Assembly: GCA_019828565.1 (NCBI GenBank)
Contig: JAHDYR010000007.1
Span: 791,333 to 855,332 of the forward strand
Length of the DNA: 64,000 nt
From: Carpediemonas membranifera BICM
Lineage: Eukaryota > Protista > Fornicata
Direction: 5' to 3'
The position numbers and the translations under genes are program-made. The notes beneath the pieces are model-generated. The model did no database searches. It saw nothing but the letters and a program-made list of their open reading frames with translations, and was not told where the DNA came from. Positions 12,785 through 21,211 of the stretch are shown piece by piece. Each line of letters begins with the position of its first letter. Positions within the stretch are counted from its first letter, which is position 1.

Positions 12785-13188
12785 CATACCTAACACGCCT
12801 CATGTTTGTTTGCTTCTCTCGTCGTCGCTGTCTTCTTCAACGAGGTCGGCGTATGGGTGAGCCGGGGCTGCTCCACAGTCTGTTTCATGCCCGAGTTCGA
12901 CTGTCAGCTCGTGACAGTCCCCTTTGAGATAGTCAGGGTCGAGTATGGACTCGACCGGCCAGTGGTTCAAGGTGGGGCTGGGTAGTCTGGAGCACATAGC
13001 TCGAGACACGGCCAGTGGCATTCCCCGTTGTTACCGTGGATGTTGAGTGCGAGGTAGATAAACGTTGGTGCGTGGTGGCAGTTCTGCTGCATGCTTTCCC
13101 GGGCTCTGGCAGGTCGACCTCTGAACCTCAACCATGCAATTCACCCTAATGTTCTAATTTATGTACACTTAGCATGTATCCCGATGAA

Positions 13189-14463
13189 TTACATAAACCC
13201 CGGGCTATGAATGGTCGGAATCGACCCGATCCCCGCGGTCATGAAGTCCCGCCGCACATCAAGCTGGGGACCCTGGTGCTGGTCCCAGATGGACCCCAGC
13301 CCCGTGGAGAACAGCATGGCGCTGCCCATCCCCTGCTCCGACGGCAGGGTGAACATCCTCTGCCCCGTCGCAAGGACACCGGCGACATGGCCGCGGGGGT
13401 CCTGGTTGGGCGGGGGCACCATGAGGCGGACGGGGGCGATGTCCGAGGCCAGCGTGCTCGGGGGCATGGCGATCACAGCGGGGCCGGGCCCGTGGCCGGG
13501 GAGGGCGGCGTGCTGGGGCTGGGCGTGGGAGGAGGCATCGTTGGCGACCTGAGGGGCCTGGCTGGGGATATCCTGCTCGACGGCCTGGGAGATCGTCTGT
13601 GTGACCTTCGCCTTGGGCTCCCTGGGAAGCACGGCGTGGTTGTGCGGCCCCTGATACGTTACGGTGCTCTCGCCCTCGCCGCCCGCCGCGGGACGCTGGA
13701 TGAGCCGCTTGGCGCTGCAGTTAGCAGTGGCACAGCGGTAGTATGACTTCTGGATAGTAGAGGCCTTGACCACCTTTGACCCGTACTTCTTCCAAGCGAA
13801 CGAGTCGTCTGTGATGTCGATGGAGGAGGAATTGGCCACGACCACCAGACGCTTCTCTGAGCTGGCCTTGCCCGGTTCTGTGGCCTCGTCGTCCCACTCG
13901 CCGAGGAACTTGCTCTCCTCCCGGACAACGGCGAGGAACTCCTCCTGGGTCGTGACCTCGACGCGGCGGACCTGGGGAGGCACGTGGCTGTGGGTGCCGC
14001 GGTAGGTGTTGACGATCTTGCCGTCTGTGCTGCGGGAGATCTGGCGCTTGACGGGGCATCCGGGGTGGGCGCACTTGTAGTAGCATGTGGGATAGGGAGA
14101 CGAGCGGCTGAACTTCTGGCCGTACTTGCGGTAGTGGTAGCCATCGGCGAGGACCTCAGCGGAGTAGTAAGGGCCGCGCTTGTTGCGCTGCTTTGAGTTA
14201 GTCGGTTCGCTATCTTCGTCGAGGGATCCAAGATTCTGAACGTCGGCAGAAACGGTCTTGGAACGCTGAGCACGCGTGGATTCGGTCCTCTTAGGAACTG
14301 CGGGAATGCTATCGCCGAGAGTGGGAATGGTGGTCATAACAGAGCCTTCCATGCCGTACCGCATGGCATTGTATTGCCCGGGAATAAAGTTGGCATCAGG
14401 ATGGCCATAAGAGGAAGCGGAAGATACTGGGATGGTAGAATTGAGGAATTCGAGCTCATTCAT
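13189..14463 (-). CDS. WRKY transcription factor with two WRKY zinc-finger domains
   Basis: DGYHYRKYGQK...C-X4-C-X21-H-X-H and DSFAWKKYGSK...C-X4-C-X24-H-X-H. Confidence 0.93.
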   Translation of the reverse strand: MNELEFLNSTIPVSSASSYGHPDANFIPGQYNAMRYGMEGSVMTTIPTLGDSIPAVPKRTESTRAQRSKTVSADVQNLGSLDEDSEPTNSKQRNKRGPYYSAEVLADGYHYRKYGQKFSRSSPYPTCYYKCAHPGCPVKRQISRSTDGKIVNTYRGTHSHVPPQVRRVEVTTQEEFLAVVREESKFLGEWDDEATEPGKASSEKRLVVVANSSSIDITDDSFAWKKYGSKVVKASTIQKSYYRCATANCSAKRLIQRPAAGGEGESTVTYQGPHNHAVLPREPKAKVTQTISQAVEQDIPSQAPQVANDASSHAQPQHAALPGHGPGPAVIAMPPSTLASDIAPVRLMVPPPNQDPRGHVAGVLATGQRMFTLPSEQGMGSAMLFSTGLGSIWDQHQGPQLDVRRDFMTAGIGSIPTIHSPGFM

Positions 14464-15083
14464 GACGGTAGAGCCCTTTTCTTTCAGTGGAGTCGTTCGA
14501 GTCACCAGGCGATTTTTTTCAGCCACTCAATCTTCAGCTGTCATCCAGACCGATCACAGGATTGGAAGACGGATAACTGGTCTAGCTGCCCAATATTGGG
14601 CGGAGAGGGTCAAAGCAGCCCGAAGTATGTCTGAGATTTTTTGATCTTCGTACGCTCGGTATGGGGTTGGCACTCAATTTGCCATTTTGATGGCGATTTC
14701 AGGTCTTATGCCGCCGGCACTGTCCCCCAATATCCCCCGATTTGCACAATACTGCCCGTCTTCCACGATTTCGAAAATTGTGATCGCGCTATTTGACATC
14801 AATACTCGGACCAACGACGGTAGATCTGGCAAGTACGGTCATCAGTTGGCTGAGAATGGCGGGGGTAAGGTAAGGGGGGTCGGATGCCTTGCGTCTCATC
14901 ATCCGAGATCGGGATCGTGATCCACATCCGATGACAACATGTGGACCCCGCCTTCCTTGGACAAACGACGGGTGTGGCTGGTGGCCGGGATATCATTGGC
15001 ATATGCGGGCAACAAGACAGGGCAGTGATGGGCCAGATCGCGCAGATTTCGACTCCATCGACTCCTGGTCAAAAGACAACACG

Positions 15084-15701
15084 ATGAGCCAAACAGCAGC
15101 AATATCGAACGCAGCGAACAGTGTTATGTCTCAACTGAAGAGCATTGACGCAAAGAACCTGATCTTCGACGTTCTTCCCATTTCCCTTGGCCCTACCACT
15201 TTCCAGCGCAAAACCAAGCTTCTTATCGCATGGGGCCTTCACTTCCTCATTTTCCTGGTAGCTGCGATTGTTACTATCGGTACTATCTGGATTCTCCACC
15301 TTTTAGATCAGAAGCTCTCGAACTACGTGATCCGCGGCGGCTCTTTCTTCGTTTTGGTCTGGGCCGCCTTCGTCGGTGCTCATGCGTCCGCCATCTTCGT
15401 CGAGCCAATCATCTGGCGCACGTTCTTGATGCATATGATCGTCTACCTTGTCCTGATCACGCTTCTGCTGAACTGGTTCATCGTGGACATGTTTGACAGC
15501 GGCATCCCCTATACAGCTATCTTCGGGGTCATTTTCTCCGCTTTGTTCTTCATCCATGCCAGTGCCGTTGTTATTATCAGCATGCGGAAGTCGAAGAGGC
15601 CGCCGTCAGCACCAAGGGCGAGGGCCACGAAACAGACCGACGCAGAGACGCTGGGCGACCTCGATAGTGAGGGTGGGCGGTTCTTTAAGAGCGCTGTCTA
15701 G
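15084..15701 (+). CDS. Hypothetical membrane protein with about 4 TM helices
   Basis: Four hydrophobic segments followed by a basic C-terminal tail. Confidence 0.75.
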   Translation: MSQTAAISNAANSVMSQLKSIDAKNLIFDVLPISLGPTTFQRKTKLLIAWGLHFLIFLVAAIVTIGTIWILHLLDQKLSNYVIRGGSFFVLVWAAFVGAHASAIFVEPIIWRTFLMHMIVYLVLITLLLNWFIVDMFDSGIPYTAIFGVIFSALFFIHASAVVIISMRKSKRPPSAPRARATKQTDAETLGDLDSEGGRFFKSAV

Positions 15702-16220
15702 ACAGGTAGCCCCAACTAACCATAAACCTCGGTTTTTATCGGAATTCCGACTTCGGGGTGGTCAGAAAGTGCGCGCGAGCAGGAGGCTGTGGCGTCTTTG
15801 AACCAAGCATCACACTCTGACCCCTCTTAGACTTACTACCATGTGGACTGACGTGTGTATAGTGTCACTCTGTCACAATCTCAGCAAATGGCCGAAGTCG
15901 GGATCAGTTGAAATGTTGTATGGGCTCGGCTTGATCATGTCTCTCTCAGACTCTAATCTAGCTTCAGCTTCTCGATCTCGACTGGTTTAGTCCGATTTGC
16001 TGAGATCTAGGTCAACCTTTGCCGATATCTTGGTAATCTAGCCGAATTATCCTATCAAACTGGTCAGACTCGCCGATCAAAGCAGGCGGGGGCACACGGT
16101 CCGGCCTGCCATGGTTTCCAGGGTGCTAACAGATTCGGCCGGATCTGTCCGCAGAACCGCGTGAAAAAATTCGATGCGTGCATGACGTCCCCGGCGAAAA
16201 GCTGTAATCTGGCGACCCCG

Positions 16221-17609
16221 ATGGGAAACAACGAGCGCCAACTGATAGATAGCTTAAGGCCAGGCGATGTGTTCGATGATCGATTCATTGTGAAGCGCAT
16301 TTTGGGCAGATCAGCAGTTGGCTCCGTTTTCTACTGTCAAGACATCCAGAACTCACAAAAACCCGTCGCTGTGAAGGCGGGATGCTCACGATTGTCCGCT
16401 ATCCTTGCTCAAAACGAGGCTAAGATACTTATTCACGCTTTTTCGCACGACGTTAAGCGCGTTCCACGACTAATCACCTGCAAACAGGAGGCCACATGCT
16501 CCTACATCGTCCAAAAGCTCCTAGGGAAGAACCTCCTCGCGGAATTGAAGGGGTCGGATGGTGGCTCGCACGTCACCCTCAAGCACTCGATCAAGATCGT
16601 ACTGAGCATGAGCACATGTCTGCGGGACATTCACAGGGCGGGCATAGTACACAGAAACATCAAGGCTGGCAACTTCGCGTTCGGTAGGCAGTCGAGTCAA
16701 CTTTACGTCATCGACTTCGGCATTGCCCGGTTGTTCATGGCAGAAGACGGCACGGTCATTCCAGCACGGAAGAACCCGGGCTTCAGAGGCAGCGTCCAGT
16801 ACGCCAGCATCAACGCCCACCTCAACCAGGAGCTCAGCCCCAGGGACGACTACTGGTCAATGGTGTTCTCCGTGCTTGAATTACTCAACGGGTCGTTGCC
16901 CTGGACTGGGGTGAGCGACAAGCAGACGGTGCTCAGGATGAAGGAGGCCATGGTCAGTGGGAAAAGCCTGCCGACTATTTTCCCGGCATTCATCGGCGAG
17001 CTCATCGATTTACTCAAAACAGTGCGCTACGGCGAACTGGTAGACCATTCCATAGTCAAGCGGATCCTGCGGGACGCCATGCGGGCCCCCGACATTGTGA
17101 CTGACTCGCACGGCGACTCTGCCTTCCCTGACACGGCGGAGTTCGAGTCGTATAGTAGACTCACGCCAGACGCGTTGATGAGCCAGGAGGACGAGATCAA
17201 GGAGAACCTCGACAGCAATAAGTCGACCAGCAGCATTTTTGACTCGGACGCAGTTTTCGGCCCGAATTCGAACGAAGGCGAGACAAGGCCGAGGAGCGTG
17301 TTCACGAGCGACTGCGAAGACGCCAGCATATGCTTCCACCCCAAGCCATCGACACCGGGCAGTCTCTCGCTCCCGCCGCCCGAGGTGGGTCGGGTTGTCG
17401 GCGCCCACCGTAACCTCGACGCCGTGGGCACCTTGATGGAGCGGGAGAACGTCGATGTGGACGGCATTCACGCGCCGTACTGCTCGCGGGCGGATGCGGA
17501 GCTGGGCGACAGTGAGGAGCCGTCGGATTCTATCGTGCGCAGGATCGTGAGAGTTGTTGCGATTTTCCTGAATGCAGTGTCACGAATAGTGTTCCCGGCA
17601 GTGGAGTAG
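16221..17609 (+). CDS. Casein kinase 1/TTBK-like kinase, probable pseudokinase
   Basis: VAVK, IDFGIAR, FRGSVQYASINAH, SPRDD, LPW present; catalytic loop reads HRNIKAGN. Alternative ATG at 16182. Confidence 0.88.
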   Translation: MGNNERQLIDSLRPGDVFDDRFIVKRILGRSAVGSVFYCQDIQNSQKPVAVKAGCSRLSAILAQNEAKILIHAFSHDVKRVPRLITCKQEATCSYIVQKLLGKNLLAELKGSDGGSHVTLKHSIKIVLSMSTCLRDIHRAGIVHRNIKAGNFAFGRQSSQLYVIDFGIARLFMAEDGTVIPARKNPGFRGSVQYASINAHLNQELSPRDDYWSMVFSVLELLNGSLPWTGVSDKQTVLRMKEAMVSGKSLPTIFPAFIGELIDLLKTVRYGELVDHSIVKRILRDAMRAPDIVTDSHGDSAFPDTAEFESYSRLTPDALMSQEDEIKENLDSNKSTSSIFDSDAVFGPNSNEGETRPRSVFTSDCEDASICFHPKPSTPGSLSLPPPEVGRVVGAHRNLDAVGTLMERENVDVDGIHAPYCSRADAELGDSEEPSDSIVRRIVRVVAIFLNAVSRIVFPAVE

Positions 17610-17787
17610 TCCATTCTTGCAGCTTAGTGTATTTTATTCACCCGATAAAGGGTTCAAGAGCGCTTTTTGACACAAGAGATTTGCAGTCGTGGCATTGCTG
17701 ACAGCATGGAATCAAATGGGACGTAGCTGCAGATCACGGCCACCCTTCTCTTGTTTGGTTTGGTTACATTTACGTGTTGCACGGGTC

Positions 17788-18768
17788 TTAAATTCCCAGC
17801 CCAGTCTTAAACTTCTCGACGTCGTCCTTAATCGACTCCAGGGCCACCTTGAACCGATTAGCCGCCATGACTGCCATAACACCAGCCCTGAACTTGCGTC
17901 TGGCGTTGTACTTCTTGAGCTCTGACAGTGTTGACTCGAGGTGCAGGCTAGGCAGCTCCTCGCTGAGCCATGGGTGGTTCATGATGCCGGCGATGTCCAG
18001 ACGGTCTTTGGGGTTGACCACGAGGATCTTCTTGATCAGATCCTTGGCGTCGTCGGAGATGCAGTCCCAGTGAGGGGAGGGCATGGAGTAGTCGCCGCGC
18101 ATGATCTTCTTAAAGAGCGCGCTCATGTCCTGGTCGTAGAAGGGAGGGAAGCCGACCAGGAGGATGTAGAGGATCACACCGAGGGCCCAGATGTCGACCT
18201 CCTTGCCGTAGCCGTGATGCGCAAGGACCTCGGGGGCTACATAGCCGGGCGTGCCGGCGCAAGTGAAGAGAGTTTCGCCGTCGTCGACGACAATAGAGAG
18301 GCCGAAGTCAGCGAGCTTGACGTCTACGTTGGACTCCTCGGCGACGAGGAGATTTTCAGGCTTCAAGTCGCGATGAACAATGCTCCGTTCGTGCAGGTAC
18401 CCGATGGCGTCAGCGAGGTTGTAGAAAAGGCCACGGGCATCAGCTTCGGAGTACTTGCCGAGCTTCACGATTCTGTCGAACAATTCGCCGCCCTTGACGA
18501 GTTCCATGACGAGGTAAACTTTGGACTTCGATTCAAACAACTCGTGAAGACGGATGATGTTGCGGTGTTGGCAAGCCTTAAGACACGAGACCTCGTTGCG
18601 AAGAGCAGCTGTATCTTTGCACTTCCGCTTGTCGATAACCTTGATCGCCACGTCTTGGTCGTCAGCAACACGTGTGGCGAGGTTAACAATGGCAAAAGTG
18701 CCCTTGCCGAGCTCCTTTTGCACCTTGTAGTAGTCGTGTATTGTCTTCTTCTTGCGGGGTTCTGCCAT
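17788..18768 (-). CDS. Ca2+/calmodulin-dependent protein kinase (CaMKI-like)
   Basis: GKGTFA, GGELFDRI, HRDLKPEN, DFG, GTPGYVAPE and a C-terminal LKKYNARRKFRA CaM-binding-like helix. Confidence 0.93.
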   Translation of the reverse strand: MAEPRKKKTIHDYYKVQKELGKGTFAIVNLATRVADDQDVAIKVIDKRKCKDTAALRNEVSCLKACQHRNIIRLHELFESKSKVYLVMELVKGGELFDRIVKLGKYSEADARGLFYNLADAIGYLHERSIVHRDLKPENLLVAEESNVDVKLADFGLSIVVDDGETLFTCAGTPGYVAPEVLAHHGYGKEVDIWALGVILYILLVGFPPFYDQDMSALFKKIMRGDYSMPSPHWDCISDDAKDLIKKILVVNPKDRLDIAGIMNHPWLSEELPSLHLESTLSELKKYNARRKFRAGVMAVMAANRFKVALESIKDDVEKFKTGLGI

Positions 18769-19047
18769 TTGCGATTTAAGCTCGATTGGTTCTGGATGAC
18801 TTTGGCGACTCCGCCCAATCTGCAGATTATTTCAGGCCATGTCTCGAAAAAGGCTCTTACATCAGCCTGCGCTGAAAATAGACAAGCACTAAACACATAA
18901 TGCGACTTTGTGGAGCATTTTTATCGGACTCAGACGGAGGGCGCCGTGGTCAGGCAAGAGAACATACCTGCGAGGGTCTACCCGAGACAGCGACGAGGCT
19001 CTACCCGCTGTAGACAACAAGAAAACGGGCTCAATAAGCGCGGATTC

Positions 19048-19467
19048 CTAGGAATCGAGGGCGTTACTGTGCGCATCAAGCATTTTCGACACACAGTTCT
19101 GAATGGCGGCCAGGCGACGCTGGAAAATGTCTGAAATCTTCGGCGCTGGATACACCGTGCCATCGAAGCAATAGAAGACGTTGTTGAGGAGCCGCGGCTT
19201 CTCACTGTCGGTGTACGGCGGGTCACGGTACTCGTAGATGAGAAAGAGCATTGGATGAGGCGATTCAAACTCGTAGTAGGTACCGCGTAGACCATGTGCA
19301 GCTTCCTGATACTTGTCTATCGGGATCTTCTGAGTCAAGAGCTGCTGTGTGATGCTTTGCTTGTCAAAGAAGGGAGAAAGAGAGAAATAGTCGATAATAT
19401 TGATCATACCAAGGCCGAAATTGGTTGTAATGAACTCATTATCTCTCCAACTATCCTCGCCAGCCAT
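19048..19467 (-). CDS. MED6: Mediator subunit Med6
   Basis: SWRD...IIDYFSLSPFFDK, LFLI, FYCFDGTVYPAP match the Med6 pattern. Confidence 0.75.
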   Translation of the reverse strand: MAGEDSWRDNEFITTNFGLGMINIIDYFSLSPFFDKQSITQQLLTQKIPIDKYQEAAHGLRGTYYEFESPHPMLFLIYEYRDPPYTDSEKPRLLNNVFYCFDGTVYPAPKISDIFQRRLAAIQNCVSKMLDAHSNALDS

Positions 19468-19633
19468 ATTCGTCCCCTGACCAGCAATGCAACTTGTTGA
19501 GGTCGAGAGCTGAAAAGAATGGCGATATCCAGCCTTGAGCGTGGGCGGAAGTGCCGCCCGAGGCTGACCGGTCGGCTTTGGTTGAATTGATTTGCCAGCT
19601 TTGACCAAAATTTCGGAACACCAGCAACATTCA

Positions 19634-20143
19634 ATGGCTGAACAAGCAACTCGCAAACCAGCAACGCCTAGAAGCCCGCGCAAGACACAATCATCTATGG
19701 GCCGTGCGAACCGCACTCTAGAGCCCGCACCGGTGGCTAACAAAGATCTTACGGGCACAATGACCGTGAAACGCCAAGGCGGAGAAATCAAGGTATACAC
19801 AAAGAACAAAGTGAAGCCAATCCAGTCTTCCCGGCCAAAGACAGCGCAGTCTACGTATCAGCGAGACTTCCGCGACCTTTCGATCACCACTGGCAAGAAA
19901 CCCCTAGTCCCATATGAGCCCAACTCCCACCGCAACGTCATCCAGCCCCCGGACTTCCGCCCCCCGTCCCGCAACATCAGCCAGATCCAGCTCGGTGACC
20001 CCAACCATCCTATGAGTGCTGCGGCCACGTTCGCGACCACGAACAGCCGCAGTTTTGCGAGCATAAAGGGACTGCCCGTGGGTTACAACAACCCCGGCGT
20101 ATCATCCCGGATGGCGCAATGGATGCACAAACCGCGGGACTAA
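19634..20143 (+). CDS. Hypothetical basic protein, possibly a ciliary microtubule-inner-type protein
   Basis: Coding-like ORF head-to-head with Med6; STYQRDF and FATTNSRSF short motifs. Confidence 0.6.
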   Translation: MAEQATRKPATPRSPRKTQSSMGRANRTLEPAPVANKDLTGTMTVKRQGGEIKVYTKNKVKPIQSSRPKTAQSTYQRDFRDLSITTGKKPLVPYEPNSHRNVIQPPDFRPPSRNISQIQLGDPNHPMSAAATFATTNSRSFASIKGLPVGYNNPGVSSRMAQWMHKPRD

Positions 20144-20414
20144 GCGGGCCGGCCGAACATCACCATAAAGAGTAGCATTATCGCCATTTGGGAGGGGCAG
20201 GCATGATAGTCGTACCGTCTCGTTTTCGAGCTACCGACCTCGCTCTCTTTGGACCTCATGTCCTTGGCATTGGTGGATCCACTGGACGGGTCGGCTCGGC
20301 GTCTAATAAATAGAGACGCCCGCATTCGCCTGGCGTGACGCCGCGAGCAACGCTAGCCAGTCCAGTTGTCGGACGAATGGAGTCGACTCCGACCACGACG
20401 AGGTCATACCGGTA

Positions 20415-21164
20415 ATGACAAAGGTTGCGATCGTTACTGGCGGATCTTCAGGAATTGGACTTGCAATATGCAAAGTGTTTCTGAAAGACGGCGATTTTGA
20501 AGTCTACAACCTTGATGTCCGCCCTTTTGTCGAGAACATTGGCTCCAAGGCCCATTATATCCAGTGCGACGTCACCAGCTTCAATAGCGTCCACGAGGCA
20601 GTCGAAGCTGTGCGCATATCCACTAATCAGCGCATAGATGTTCTTGTATCCAACGCTGGCATCCATTACAGCGCCATTCTCACCGAGACCCCCGAGGCAG
20701 TGTTCGATCGTGTCATGGCGATCAACGTGAAGGGTGCCTACGCCGTGTCACACGCTGTGTTGCCCACTATGGTCGCCGCCAGGTCCGGGGTCGTCGTGTT
20801 CGTCGGCTCAGACCAGTGCTTCGTTGGAAAGCCGGGTCAGTTTGCCTACAACATGAGCAAGGCCGCCCTCGCCTCAATCACTCGCACCACGGCGCTGGAT
20901 TACGCCCAGTACGGCATCCGGGCCAACGCGGTGTGCCCCGGCACGATCGACACTCCCTTGTTCAGGAAGGCCGTTGACGGATACATCGAGCGAACTGGCG
21001 TTGGAAGGGAGCGGGCATACAAGGAGGAGGACGAGTGCCAGCCTCTGGGTCGCGTCGGGAGGCCCGAGGAGGTGGCTGATTTCGTCTTCTTCCTCGCGAG
21101 TGAGAAGGCTGGCTTCATCACCGGCAGCCTCCATCCCATTGACGGAGGCTACACCGCACAATAA
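20415..21164 (+). CDS. Short-chain dehydrogenase/reductase, bacterial type
   Basis: TGGSSGIG, NAGI, YNMSK, CPGTIDT, DGGYT. Confidence 0.93.
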   Translation: MTKVAIVTGGSSGIGLAICKVFLKDGDFEVYNLDVRPFVENIGSKAHYIQCDVTSFNSVHEAVEAVRISTNQRIDVLVSNAGIHYSAILTETPEAVFDRVMAINVKGAYAVSHAVLPTMVAARSGVVVFVGSDQCFVGKPGQFAYNMSKAALASITRTTALDYAQYGIRANAVCPGTIDTPLFRKAVDGYIERTGVGRERAYKEEDECQPLGRVGRPEEVADFVFFLASEKAGFITGSLHPIDGGYTAQ

Positions 21165-21211
21165 ACATTTACAAAACGACTCAGAAAACAGTTTATTAAG
21201 TCGGTCCGAGC

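Noticed and set aside
18940-18970. Minus-strand CAG|GTATGT donor as a possible UTR or trans-spliced intron
   Set aside because: No matching fused branch/acceptor at 28-38 nt and no interrupted ORF.
20270-20345. Small hairpins (GTGGATCCAC, GGCGTCT...AGACGCC) and imperfect stems at 56845-56995
   Set aside because: Stem lengths are within chance expectation for GC-rich DNA.
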